Of a stretch of DNA of 64,000 nucleotides, positions 29,637 to 41,493 are shown piece by piece. Position 1 is the stretch's first letter; each line of letters begins with the position of its first letter. The translations under genes and the position numbers were made by a program. The notes under the pieces are model-generated. The model saw nothing but the letters and a program-made list of their open reading frames with translations. It was not told the DNA's origin and made no database searches. This DNA comes from Patescibacteria group bacterium (GTDB lineage Bacteria > Patescibacteriota > UBA1384 > DATEAH01): NCBI GenBank assembly GCA_035288465.1, contig DATEAH010000005.1:3636-67635 (forward strand). The letters run 5' to 3'.

Positions 29637-32621
29637 TTAGATCTTGCGTTTTTTCCAAAGCGTTGAGTCTTTACCCCAATAATTAGGTTCATCGCTTTGA
29701 ACGACTTTGGGAGTTGGCGGGGTAATTTTTTTCTCCACAAAACCAGGAACAATGGTTTTTGGTTTTGGGGGTTTAACGGTTTTGGTTTTTAGGGCGGTTT
29801 TTTTCGGTTTTTTCGCTCGACTTAATTTTTGAGTCTTTCCGCCAGGGGCGGGTTGTCTCTTGGTCAACTTTTTAGGTTTAGCTTTTGTGGTTTTTTTCTG
29901 AACAATCTGCTTTTTGGTTGAAGTTTTACGAACTGGTTTTTTCTTTATTTTTGCCTGTTTTGGCTTTTTTGGGGCGGTTTTATTGACTGATTTTTTAAGT
30001 TTTCGAGCCGCAACCTGATTTGCAATTTCTTGGCGATCTTTGGCTCTTTCTTTATCCTCAATTTCATCCATCGGTTCTTTAATTAGAATTGTTACTGAAG
30101 CGACGCTATCTCTTAAATTTAATTTCATTAAGCGAACACCAGAGGTGGCGCGACCCAACCTTTTAACATTTTTAATTGGCGTTCGAATCACCTGACCTCT
30201 TTTAGAAAAGATAATTAAATCCGCTTTTTCATTTTCGGTAATTTTCGTTTGGATAATTGGTCCAGTTTTTTCGGTAATTCTGGCGGTTCTTAAACCAATG
30301 CCACCGCGAGATTGCAAAGGATAATTTTTAAGAGCGGTTTTTTTGCCATAACCTTTTTCTGTCACCACCAACAAATCCGAAGAAAAACTTTTCAATTTTA
30401 CATCATGAGCCATGATAGCGGTATCAGCATCAATATTAACCCCTGATATTTTTGCCGGACTTAAAACATCCATACCCACGACAGCATCTTTTGGTTTTAA
30501 GCGAATGCCTCTCATACCACCCGCTGATCTGCCCATAGGTCTGATTAAACTTTCTTTAAATTTAATTGCTTGGCCATTTTTGGAAACAATGATGATTTGA
30601 TCTTCGCCAGTGGTGGGTCTGACCCATTTTAGAAAATCGTCTTTGCGCAATTTGATCGCGTTTAAACCAGATTTTCTAATTTTTTGAAAATTTGCCAAAG
30701 GAGTTTTTTTGATTTGGCCTTTTTCTGTGACCATTAATAAATATTTGGCATGATTGCTTTTGGCAACATTAATAATACCGGTAATAAAATCATTGGGATT
30801 AATCTGTAAGAGATTAACAATCGCCTGACCTTTAGAACGGCGCGATCCCAAAGAGATTTCGTAGGCTTTTGAACTCAAAACGCGACCCGAACTGGTGAAA
30901 AATAAAATATCATCATGATTATTGGCAATTAATAAATGCTCGACTAAATCTTCTTCTTTGGTGGTCATACCGATAACACCTTTGCCGCCCCGATGTTGGC
31001 TGCGACAAACTGAAATCGGCATTCTTTTGATATAATTGCCGCGAGTCAAAGTAATCATCACTTTGCGGTTTGGAATTAAGTCTTCTTTTTCAAAAGATTC
31101 AATTCTTTGTCGATAAATGCGAGTTTTTCGCTCGGAAGGAAAATTCTTTTTGAGATTTTTTAACTCTTCTTTAATAATATCCAAAATCATTTGCGGATTT
31201 TCTAAAATCTCAGTTAATTTGGTGATTAATTTCTTGAGCTGATCAAATTCAAGTTCTATTTTAGTCCGCTCTAAATGCGCTAAGGTGGCTAATTTCATCT
31301 CCAAAATCGCGTTGGCTTGAATTTCGGTTAAAGCAAGTTTCTTTTCTAAACGAACTTTAGCTTCTTCGCGATTTTCCGAAGCTTTGATAGTTTTAATCAC
31401 CTCATCGATTTGTTTTAAAGCAATTAACAAACCTTCTAAAATATGGAGACGGTTTTTAGCTTGGTTTAATTCATATTGGGTGCGTCTAAAAATTACTTTT
31501 TGGCGATGCTTTAAATATTCTTCTAATATATTTTTTAAGTTTAAAACGGTTGGTTTAATGCCGTCCACCAAAGCTAACATATTAATATGAAAAGCTTCCT
31601 GCATTTGGGTATATTGATAAAGTTGATTCAAAATTTTTTTAGGGTAAGCGTCTTTTTTGAGATCAATGACAACCCGGATACCGTCTTTGTCAGATTCATC
31701 GCGCACATCGGCAATGCCAACGATTTTTTTATTTTTGACCAAATCGGCAATTTGTGTGACCAAAACCGATTTGTTAACCTGATATGGGATTTCGGAAATA
31801 ATAATTTTAAATGCGGATTTTTTGCCTTCAACGATTTCCGCTTTGGCGCGCATCACGATCCTGCCTTTGCCTTGCGCATAGGCATTTTTGATTTCATCTG
31901 AATCATAAATTTGTGCGGCGGTGGGAAAATCCGGACCCAAGACAAATTGGCACAAATCTTCAACCGTCGAATCTGGATGATCAATTAAACGAATGGTGGC
32001 ATCACAAACTTCGCCTAAATTATGTGGCGGAATATTGGTCGCCATACCCACGGCAATGCCCATGGCGCCATTTACTAACAGATTTGGTAATTTGGCGGGT
32101 AAAAATTGGGGTTCTTTGCGGGTGCCGTCATAGTTGTCTTGATAATTAACGGTATCTTTGTCTAAATCGGTTAACATTTCTTCGGCGATTTTGGTCATTT
32201 TGGCTTCGGTATAACGCATCGCCGCCGGGTTATCACCATCAACAGAACCAAAGTTGCCCTGGCCATTTACCAAGGGATAACGCATCGCAAAAGTTTGTGC
32301 TAATCTCACCATAGAAGGATAAACAATCGCTTCACCATGAGGATGATAATTACCGGAAACATCACCACAAATTTTCGCTGATTTTCGGTGTTTGGCGGTG
32401 TGTTTTAAATTTAAATCATTCATAGTTACCAAAATTCGGCGATGCACCGGTTTTAAACCATCGCGAACGTCTGGAAGAGCTCGAGAAACAATGACTGACA
32501 TAGCATAATCCAAATAAGAGGTTTCCATTTCCTCTTCGATGCGGCGGGGTAAAACCGTGCCTAAATCTGATTTTTCCTTTGTCGGCTCTAGGTTGTTGTT
32601 GGGATTTTTAATATCTGGCAT
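29637..32621 (-). CDS. gyrA: DNA gyrase subunit A with ~150-aa Lys-rich C-terminal tail
   Basis: Active-site region ...AMRYTEAKMTKIAEEML...; GyrA-box-like beta-pinwheel repeats. The tail KKSVNKTAPKKPKQAKIKKKPVRKTSTKKQ...KTKTVKPPKPK is translated from ~29637-30090. Confidence 0.93.
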   Translation of the reverse strand: MPDIKNPNNNLEPTKEKSDLGTVLPRRIEEEMETSYLDYAMSVIVSRALPDVRDGLKPVHRRILVTMNDLNLKHTAKHRKSAKICGDVSGNYHPHGEAIVYPSMVRLAQTFAMRYPLVNGQGNFGSVDGDNPAAMRYTEAKMTKIAEEMLTDLDKDTVNYQDNYDGTRKEPQFLPAKLPNLLVNGAMGIAVGMATNIPPHNLGEVCDATIRLIDHPDSTVEDLCQFVLGPDFPTAAQIYDSDEIKNAYAQGKGRIVMRAKAEIVEGKKSAFKIIISEIPYQVNKSVLVTQIADLVKNKKIVGIADVRDESDKDGIRVVIDLKKDAYPKKILNQLYQYTQMQEAFHINMLALVDGIKPTVLNLKNILEEYLKHRQKVIFRRTQYELNQAKNRLHILEGLLIALKQIDEVIKTIKASENREEAKVRLEKKLALTEIQANAILEMKLATLAHLERTKIELEFDQLKKLITKLTEILENPQMILDIIKEELKNLKKNFPSERKTRIYRQRIESFEKEDLIPNRKVMITLTRGNYIKRMPISVCRSQHRGGKGVIGMTTKEEDLVEHLLIANNHDDILFFTSSGRVLSSKAYEISLGSRRSKGQAIVNLLQINPNDFITGIINVAKSNHAKYLLMVTEKGQIKKTPLANFQKIRKSGLNAIKLRKDDFLKWVRPTTGEDQIIIVSKNGQAIKFKESLIRPMGRSAGGMRGIRLKPKDAVVGMDVLSPAKISGVNIDADTAIMAHDVKLKSFSSDLLVVTEKGYGKKTALKNYPLQSRGGIGLRTARITEKTGPIIQTKITENEKADLIIFSKRGQVIRTPIKNVKRLGRATSGVRLMKLNLRDSVASVTILIKEPMDEIEDKERAKDRQEIANQVAARKLKKSVNKTAPKKPKQAKIKKKPVRKTSTKKQIVQKKTTKAKPKKLTKRQPAPGGKTQKLSRAKKPKKTALKTKTVKPPKPKTIVPGFVEKKITPPTPKVVQSDEPNYWGKDSTLWKKRKI

Positions 32622-32629
32622 GTTGAATC

Positions 32630-32842
32630 CTAATAATCTTTTTTAGCTTTTTTAATTTTTTTCCCAGCCATATCTAATCTGGGCTTACCGAGTTGTTTTC
32701 CCATAGCATTAGCCAAATACCACTTATTATGGGCTCGTTGAGTTTCTAAATAAGTATTTTCGACAGCAGTTTTGGCTTGGTTATTTTTGGACAATTTTGT
32801 GGATTTTAATCTTTTTGAATTTTCGGTTGGAAATTTTTTCAT
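32630..32842 (-). CDS. Small basic hypothetical protein (70 aa) between gyrB and gyrA
   Basis: ORF MKKFPTENSKRLKSTKLSKNNQAK...KKIKKAKKDY; no recognisable motif. Confidence 0.4.
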   Translation of the reverse strand: MKKFPTENSKRLKSTKLSKNNQAKTAVENTYLETQRAHNKWYLANAMGKQLGKPRLDMAGKKIKKAKKDY

Positions 32843-32861
32843 TAATTTACTCTTAAAATTA

Positions 32862-34784
<1,923 letters not shown>

Positions 34785-34889
34785 TTATAGATTTTAATTG
34801 CAAATCACTTCTTAATTATAGCTGAAAATGGTTCCTTTTGCAAGCTGCCCAAAAATAAAAAAAGACGTTTCTCGGTAATTTTTCTGGCG

Positions 34890-36833
34890 TTATTTAATAC
34901 GTAAATTAACCTGCCGATCAACCTTTAAAACATCTAAATATTTAAAATTATTTAAATTTTGAGTGATATAATCAGGGCTAAAATTTGAAACTGACAGATT
35001 GGCCGGTTTATTAATTTCAATTGCCAGTGGATCAGCGTCGCGGCCGGCTTGTTTTTGAACATAAATTTGATAATGGTCGCTTAAATTATTAATTTGAAAT
35101 GGTAATTCCCAGCTTAAGGTTAATTTACTAGACTGCACGGCAAAAACAATAAAATCTTTAATGCCAAAAACAGTTTTATCCAGTTCGGAAAAAGTGAAAA
35201 TTTGCGAAGCGGGAACATCAATTTCGCCCATTTTAGCCGAAAGTAATTCTGAACCCGACGGTACAAATACTTCTACAAAACTACAATCCTTATCAGCCAA
35301 CAAGCCTGATAATTTTGTGGCGTCATGGGTAATGGTAAGGGTATTTTTGACCTGGCCTGAATTATTAATATTCACGGATAAATTTAAACTTTGCCCCATT
35401 TTATAACTCGATTTAGTGCCGCAGGTGTTGGCATTTGTGACCATTAAATAATCCGGAGAGGAAGATTTTAAAGCCCCGCTCCAACCAAAATTGCCAATTA
35501 CTTCTTCGACTTTTTGATCTTTGGCATAGAGGAGAAAATGTTTTTCATCTAAATTTTGAAGAAGACTTTTGATAATTTTTACTTTTTGGTCTTTGGAGCT
35601 GTTTTCAATTTTTTGCAGGAAAAGTGGGGTAAAATCTTGGAGGATTTTTTTGGGATCGTAAATACCTTCACCGCGCTTAAAGGCGTTATCGACTTCAACT
35701 TTATACATTAAGGTGTCGCGAAAGTTCGCTTTGTTTAGGGTGGCGTTATAATCTGGCATTTCGATATCGCCGATAATTCCCATAATATCTTCAAAAATCT
35801 TGGGATCTAAGGCAATCACGCCACTTGGGGCAGGTTCACCATAAAGCTGATAAAGCCTCATCATTTCCTTGGCAGTGGTGGGAAAATCTGCTTTCCAATT
35901 ACCTTCGTAAAAATATAATCGGTCGCTTAAATACTTTAGAGGAATTTCTGGTTTCAACATCGGCTCTTTATCGTTTAAATGCTCCTTGCGGAGATTGTAG
36001 ACATCATCAACTTTCATTTTGGATACTTTGCCGCCGGTTAAAGTGATTTCGCCATAATTGCCAATGAATCCACCGGCCGGCCTAGCTTCGGCAGGATTTT
36101 GAAAGAGAATTAAATAACTTTTTGAGCCTGATTGACCAACAATGCTCGGCATTACTGTAATGACACTTTGTAATTTGGCGAGGACAGTTGAAGCTTGTGC
36201 TAATTCTAAACGAATTGTTTTGGCATTTTGTATTGGTAAATTTTGAAGATTTTTTTCCGCCGCCAACGCGACTTTTTGGGTTTGGGTAATGTCTTTTTCA
36301 ATTTGTGAAATAAGGGTGAGCAGATTTTGATTTTGATTAAAATTGGACAATGACTCTAAGTGTGCTAAATCTTTTTTTAGCCAATAACAAAGCTCAATAG
36401 CATTATTTAAAGCGGAATCCGCGAGGATAATTTGATTTTCGGAATTTTGAAAATTAGTCAAATAATTGGAGTTTTGTCCAGATTTTGCCAACAAAAGTTG
36501 CGCTTGATTGAAATTGGTTTCAGATTGAGTTAATTCCAGTTGCGCCAAGGCTAAATCATTTTGTACAATAGCTTGTTTGGCTAATTCGAAATGATTCGCC
36601 GCTTCACTACTAAATCCTAGAATTTGGGTTTTAATTTTTGGGGTCTTAAAATAAAAATTAAACCCAGATATGATGAGGGCTAAAAGAAAAACTACCAAAA
36701 ATGAGTCTGCAAAAAATCTTTTGGCGGAAAAAGTCGCCGTTTTAGTTTGGGCGATGGCGACTGCAGGAATAATTTGGGAACGGCGAGCTCTATAAATGCC
36801 GTCAACGAGTTTGGGATGTTGCTGCCCCTCCAT
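34890..36833 (-). CDS. DUF4012-domain membrane-anchored protein (polysaccharide-locus associated)
   Basis: Hallmark DUF4012 motif SYLILFQNPAEARPAGGFIGNYGEI; N-terminal TM; coiled-coil region. Confidence 0.7.
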   Translation of the reverse strand: MEGQQHPKLVDGIYRARRSQIIPAVAIAQTKTATFSAKRFFADSFLVVFLLALIISGFNFYFKTPKIKTQILGFSSEAANHFELAKQAIVQNDLALAQLELTQSETNFNQAQLLLAKSGQNSNYLTNFQNSENQIILADSALNNAIELCYWLKKDLAHLESLSNFNQNQNLLTLISQIEKDITQTQKVALAAEKNLQNLPIQNAKTIRLELAQASTVLAKLQSVITVMPSIVGQSGSKSYLILFQNPAEARPAGGFIGNYGEITLTGGKVSKMKVDDVYNLRKEHLNDKEPMLKPEIPLKYLSDRLYFYEGNWKADFPTTAKEMMRLYQLYGEPAPSGVIALDPKIFEDIMGIIGDIEMPDYNATLNKANFRDTLMYKVEVDNAFKRGEGIYDPKKILQDFTPLFLQKIENSSKDQKVKIIKSLLQNLDEKHFLLYAKDQKVEEVIGNFGWSGALKSSSPDYLMVTNANTCGTKSSYKMGQSLNLSVNINNSGQVKNTLTITHDATKLSGLLADKDCSFVEVFVPSGSELLSAKMGEIDVPASQIFTFSELDKTVFGIKDFIVFAVQSSKLTLSWELPFQINNLSDHYQIYVQKQAGRDADPLAIEINKPANLSVSNFSPDYITQNLNNFKYLDVLKVDRQVNLRIK

Positions 36834-36843
36834 AAAACCTCTT

Positions 36844-37998
36844 TTATTTATTATTTTTTGAATTTTTTAACCACCGGCTATATTCACGCACCATCATTTG
36901 TAGAAATTTTATTTGAAATGATTGAATGGAAAATTTTTTCGCATGGCTTCTTAAACTTCGAGCCAAGTATTTTTTACGGTTAAATTTGGTTATTGCCAGG
37001 TTGAGTGAAGCTGGGTTTGGTTGGTGGAAAAAGGTACCAGTTTTACCTTCAATAACGGTTTCTAGGGCGCCACCTTTAGCAAAAGCAATTGTCGGCGTGC
37101 CGCAAGCGGCCGCTTCCAAAGGCACTAAACCGAAATCTTCTTCTTGTGGAAAAATGACCGCCTTAGCAGCGCTATATAAATCTCTCAATTTCGTATCTGA
37201 AACTTCGCCTAAAAATTCAATATTACTTGAAGCCGAGGCTTTAAGAGAATCGAACATTGAGCCTGTACCAACTACTTTTAAAGGTAAACCATTTTTAACA
37301 AAGGCTAAAACTGCTAAATCAGGCTTTTTATGTGGCTCTAGCCTAGAAATATACAAAAAGAAATCAGAAGTCTGACCAGTTGGCCTAAAAAAGTCCCAAT
37401 CAATCGGCGGATAAATTATCTGACTATTTCTATTATAATACTTTTTCACCCTTTTTTGCACGTTTTTGCAAATAGACACAAAAATATCAGGTCTTTTCGC
37501 GGCCTCAAAATCCCATTTTTTCAAACGATTAATAAAGTAGGGGATAATTTTCTTAAAAGGCCCGAAAAATTGAGTTCGCTTGATGTGTTCTGTTGGATTT
37601 AACCATAAATATCTGGTTGGCGTATAACAATAATTAATATGAAAAGTCTTATTACCGGTAATGACACCTTTGCTAAAACTATGATTATCAGAAATCACCA
37701 GATTATACTTTGAAAAATCCAAAGATTCAACGGCTTTCGCCATCCAAGGCAAATATAACTGATATTTGGAAACACCGCCTAAAAAATGCTGCAAAAATGA
37801 GCTCTTAATTTGATGAGGTTTTTTGAGAATTTTTCTAACTTGATCGGGATCATAGACAATCGTAAAAATATCGGCTTTAGGAAATAAATCAGTTAACACT
37901 TTTAAAACCCGCTCTCCCCCGCCAATTTTCACTAAATATTCATGCATGAGGGCAATTTTCAGTTTTTTAATATCTAATTTTTTATTTATATTTTGCAT
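36844..37998 (-). CDS. Glycosyltransferase, GT4 (GT-B fold) family
   Basis: N-terminal Rossmann-like region (LKIALMHEYLVKIGGGERV) and C-terminal GT1/GT4 region (EDFGLVPLEAAACGTPTIA). Confidence 0.75.
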   Translation of the reverse strand: MQNINKKLDIKKLKIALMHEYLVKIGGGERVLKVLTDLFPKADIFTIVYDPDQVRKILKKPHQIKSSFLQHFLGGVSKYQLYLPWMAKAVESLDFSKYNLVISDNHSFSKGVITGNKTFHINYCYTPTRYLWLNPTEHIKRTQFFGPFKKIIPYFINRLKKWDFEAAKRPDIFVSICKNVQKRVKKYYNRNSQIIYPPIDWDFFRPTGQTSDFFLYISRLEPHKKPDLAVLAFVKNGLPLKVVGTGSMFDSLKASASSNIEFLGEVSDTKLRDLYSAAKAVIFPQEEDFGLVPLEAAACGTPTIAFAKGGALETVIEGKTGTFFHQPNPASLNLAITKFNRKKYLARSLRSHAKKFSIQSFQIKFLQMMVREYSRWLKNSKNNK

Positions 37999-38038
37999 TT
38001 TATATCTTTTATCTTTTATTTTTTATCTTTAATTTTAT

Positions 38039-39436
38039 TTAGTAAGCGCCGACTTTAGTCACGACCATAATCATGGTTCGCAATAGTATTTGAAAGTCTA
38101 ATTTTAAAGACCAATTTTCAATATAATATTTATCTAATTTGACCCAATCGGAAAAGGATAAATTTGATCGACCCGATACTTGCCATAAACCAGTCATACC
38201 AGGTTTAACGCCAAGACGTTTCTTTTGCCAATGATTGTATTTGGCAACTTCTTCGGGCATCGGCGGTCTGGGTCCAACTAAACTCATATCACCGATAAGA
38301 ACATTAAAAAGCTGGGGCAATTCATCAAGGCTGGATTTTCTCAGCCATTTTCCAAATCGTGTTACCCTAGGATCATTTTTTAGTTTGAACATAATCCCGT
38401 ATTTTCTCATATATTTTAAGTGTTCTTTTTCAGCGCCTGGTTTCATGCTGCGGAATTTCAAAAAAATAAAATTCCGATCTAAACCGACTCTTTTTTGGCG
38501 AAAAAAGATTGGACCTGCCGAATCAATCTTAATAATAATCGGAATAACGATAAAAAACGGCGAAAGAATAATTAAGGCCAGAATAGCACCCACGATATCG
38601 ATAATTCTTTTGACAATTCTGCCCCAACCATCAAGTGGAGTCCGTTTTAATTCTAAAATCGGCAAACTTTGCCAAATTTCAATATCAATATTGCGCGTTC
38701 CCAATTCAAAAATCGAGGGCGAATATTTAAAAATTAAACGGCAATCATGACAATATTCTAAAATTCGATTTGTTTTCTTTTCCGATAAATCCGGATCAGC
38801 TAAAATAATTTCTTTAATCCGATATTCTTTGACAATCCGGTCAAGCTCTTTTAATTTGCCTAAAACCGGTATATGAACAAAATGTTTATCTGGGGTCAAA
38901 TTCGTACTAATTATGCCAACAACCCGATAGCCTAAATATTTGTCCGAAAACTCTCGGATGATTTTTCTGGCAATCCGGGTGGTGCCAATAATTAAAACCA
39001 GTCTTTGGCCATGGCCTCGATAATACATAATTTTCAAAATTATCCGCGCCAATAATCTGCCCGAAGTAACCAAAACAATTGCTAAGATCCAGGCGAATAA
39101 AACAATTAATCTGGAAAAGAAAAAGACGCGGCTAAAAAAGAAGATGCCAAAAAGAACCGCGATCCCGGCTGAAACTGCCATGACAATCGCCACTAATTCA
39201 TCTAAAAAGGGCTGTTTTTTGAAGCTATATAAACGGTTTAAGCTAAAAAGAACCAACCAAACTGGAATAATAACAATTAGCCAACGCAAATATTCGGTTT
39301 GAGACATCACTGAAGTGAACGGCACCCAGCCGGTGAAACGCACCAAAAAAGCCAGCCAAAAAGCCAAAAAAATCATGGCGGCATCAAGCGGCAAAAGCAA
39401 AAAATTAAAAATTAATTCAAACTTATTCCGATTCAT
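38039..39436 (-). CDS. Polyprenyl-phosphate sugar phosphotransferase (bacterial sugar transferase, WbaP/CpsE-like)
   Basis: Multi-TM N-terminus; C-terminal catalytic domain KRIIDIVGAILALIILSPFF...FRQKRVG...FLKFRSM...DELPQLFNVLIGDMSLVGPRP. Confidence 0.85.
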   Translation of the reverse strand: MNRNKFELIFNFLLLPLDAAMIFLAFWLAFLVRFTGWVPFTSVMSQTEYLRWLIVIIPVWLVLFSLNRLYSFKKQPFLDELVAIVMAVSAGIAVLFGIFFFSRVFFFSRLIVLFAWILAIVLVTSGRLLARIILKIMYYRGHGQRLVLIIGTTRIARKIIREFSDKYLGYRVVGIISTNLTPDKHFVHIPVLGKLKELDRIVKEYRIKEIILADPDLSEKKTNRILEYCHDCRLIFKYSPSIFELGTRNIDIEIWQSLPILELKRTPLDGWGRIVKRIIDIVGAILALIILSPFFIVIPIIIKIDSAGPIFFRQKRVGLDRNFIFLKFRSMKPGAEKEHLKYMRKYGIMFKLKNDPRVTRFGKWLRKSSLDELPQLFNVLIGDMSLVGPRPPMPEEVAKYNHWQKKRLGVKPGMTGLWQVSGRSNLSFSDWVKLDKYYIENWSLKLDFQILLRTMIMVVTKVGAY

Positions 39437-39523
39437 TTTCCTCGTTTAAGCTTGATTATAGCAAAAAATTAATACTTTGACAAGACTAAAATTAAAATTG
39501 ATTTAAACATATAATAAGACGAT

Positions 39524-39575
39524 AAAAAAACGGCCTAAGCTTTGGGATGATTTGGGAAAAATCATTCTGGGCCGA
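39524..39575 (-). terminator. Rho-independent terminator of the 39597..40556 gene
   Basis: Minus strand: CGGCC-cagaATGATTTttcccAAATCATcccaaagcttaGGCCG followed by TTTTTTT. Confidence 0.55.
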
Positions 39576-39596
39576 GACCGCGAAATTGCACAAGAG

Positions 39597-40556
39597 TTAA
39601 TAGTCAGTTTTTGGATATTTTAATTCTTGAATGGGTTTTTCAAGGGCGACGGCAATTCTAAGTAAGGCACACTCTAATTCCTCAAAAGGTATGGCAGCGG
39701 AATATTGGTCATAATAAACCTCATTCCTTAGTCCTAAAACAACTGAATAACCAATTTCTGTGGGGTGATAAGCTAATTGTTCGGCTGATCCGACCAGAAT
39801 TAGAGCTCGGCAAATTGTTTTATTTTGCCACTCACCGCTTTGACGAACTCGTTCCTCTTCTTGCCAGAATGGCAATTCCATTCTTGACTCTTCAGAATCC
39901 CTAAAGGGATCATATTTCGGATCATTAAGGTGCTCGTCTAAAACCTGCAAAACAATTTGGCTGTGGATGGCGGCTTCAACCATCTTTCGAGAAATTGTTA
40001 AAGCTGGGTCCTGGCGATAGTTCCAAGTTTTATAATTGGCCCAAAAAGTAAAAATCATTTCAACGGATTGGCGAAAAATATCAGGCATCCAAAATTGATA
40101 GCGACCAGTCTGCGGATCAATCGTGTGCAGGCAAGATCCAGCACATTTATGATCGCCATAATCAGCTAGGTCTAAAACTGCCCGGATGGCATGATTGCCA
40201 ATTCCTTGGCTTCTAATTAACCCTTGTTCCCTCGTGCTTAAAGCGACTTCCATGGCAAGATTAAGGACTTGAAGATGTTCAAGCATTCGATCTTGTTGGC
40301 CCTGGCCAGTTAAACAAGTAAGGTTATGAGAATATTTTCCTGGCACCTGAGCAACTTTGGGTAGGACATCAAGCAAACTGCAGGCAAATTCTAATTGTTT
40401 TGGTCCCTCGAGATTTTGCCGCCAAAGCTCAGACCATTGCTTAAAATCTTTAACTTCATGCCACTCATCTGGTTTTGGAAGCGCCACGATGATCACCTTC
40501 CAGTTTGGAGTATGCTGAGTTGCCGCGGGGGTAGAATTACTATATAAATTGTACAT
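39597..40556 (-). CDS. Hypothetical protein (319 aa), GC-richer than surroundings
   Basis: Long ORF with diverse composition and no recognised motifs; own terminator. Confidence 0.6.
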   Translation of the reverse strand: MYNLYSNSTPAATQHTPNWKVIIVALPKPDEWHEVKDFKQWSELWRQNLEGPKQLEFACSLLDVLPKVAQVPGKYSHNLTCLTGQGQQDRMLEHLQVLNLAMEVALSTREQGLIRSQGIGNHAIRAVLDLADYGDHKCAGSCLHTIDPQTGRYQFWMPDIFRQSVEMIFTFWANYKTWNYRQDPALTISRKMVEAAIHSQIVLQVLDEHLNDPKYDPFRDSEESRMELPFWQEEERVRQSGEWQNKTICRALILVGSAEQLAYHPTEIGYSVVLGLRNEVYYDQYSAAIPFEELECALLRIAVALEKPIQELKYPKTDY

Positions 40557-40642
40557 TATCTAATGAGTTTAGTCAACAAAGACAAAATTAATTTTCTAAA
40601 ACTTGACAAAATGGGATTATTCAGGATATAATTAGGATAATC

Positions 40643-41179
40643 TTGGAACCGGAAATGATCGGAGGGGAGGAAAATCTGGTGGGAGTAAAAGAACCGCCAC
40701 TCTATCATCTGGCTCGAAGTATTATTGAAGATTTGGATTTATCCTTGAGCAACGAAGAAATAGTGAACCGATGCAATTTGACTTCAACATCACCCCATGG
40801 TTGGCAGGCGATTGTCAGACCGGGCTGGTTTGAGTGTTTCGCGGCGATTCTTCGCGAATGTTTATCCCCTGAAAAAGAACCACGAGAGGAATTAAAAGAA
40901 CAACAACAAAGATGTACATTATTTGCAAATCAACTGCTATATGCTGGCAAGCCGGAAAATGCCATGGAGCCGGTAGAGACAGAATTTAAAGATTCCGGAA
41001 ACAGCACCACGTCAATCGTGATTGGACTACTTACAAGAATTTATTTTCATCAAACCGCCAGTCTGGTCGGGATTGAAATTTTGCCCGAAGAACAAAGCGA
41101 ATCATCCGATGGTTCCGATCATGACGATTCCGCTGACGTTAAAATCAACCAAAGACCTAATTTGTCATTAGTTGAATAA
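40643..41179 (+). CDS. Hypothetical acidic protein (178 aa), divergent from the preceding gene
   Basis: ORF MEPEMIGGEENLVGV...; acidic C-terminus; followed by a terminator. Confidence 0.55.
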   Translation: MEPEMIGGEENLVGVKEPPLYHLARSIIEDLDLSLSNEEIVNRCNLTSTSPHGWQAIVRPGWFECFAAILRECLSPEKEPREELKEQQQRCTLFANQLLYAGKPENAMEPVETEFKDSGNSTTSIVIGLLTRIYFHQTASLVGIEILPEEQSESSDGSDHDDSADVKINQRPNLSLVE

Positions 41180-41186
41180 TGAACCC

Positions 41187-41235
41187 AGCCTTGCTTGCAG
41201 GTCCAAAACCCAAATCTTGCGCAAGGCTTTTTTTA
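41187..41235 (+). terminator. Rho-independent terminator
   Basis: agccttgc (41187-94) ... gcaaggct (41221-28) followed by TTTTTTT. Confidence 0.6.
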
Positions 41236-41493
41236 TTGTCTCGATGACAATAATCCCGCACTCCATACGTTAAGATGGAAAAATTGCGCATTGCCCCACC
41301 TTGCTCTTTGATAACTTTTCGCATCAGCCAGATTTGCAAAATCCATACCGACATGTCCCGGAATCAGTGGCCAATCCTTTTCGCAATTACTTCACTGGCT
41401 GTTTCCAATCACCTCCAAGACAGACTTTTTACCGCTACTATCAGTATTATTTAAAATTATATCATAATTCCAGATTAAATCAAAAACATTTTT

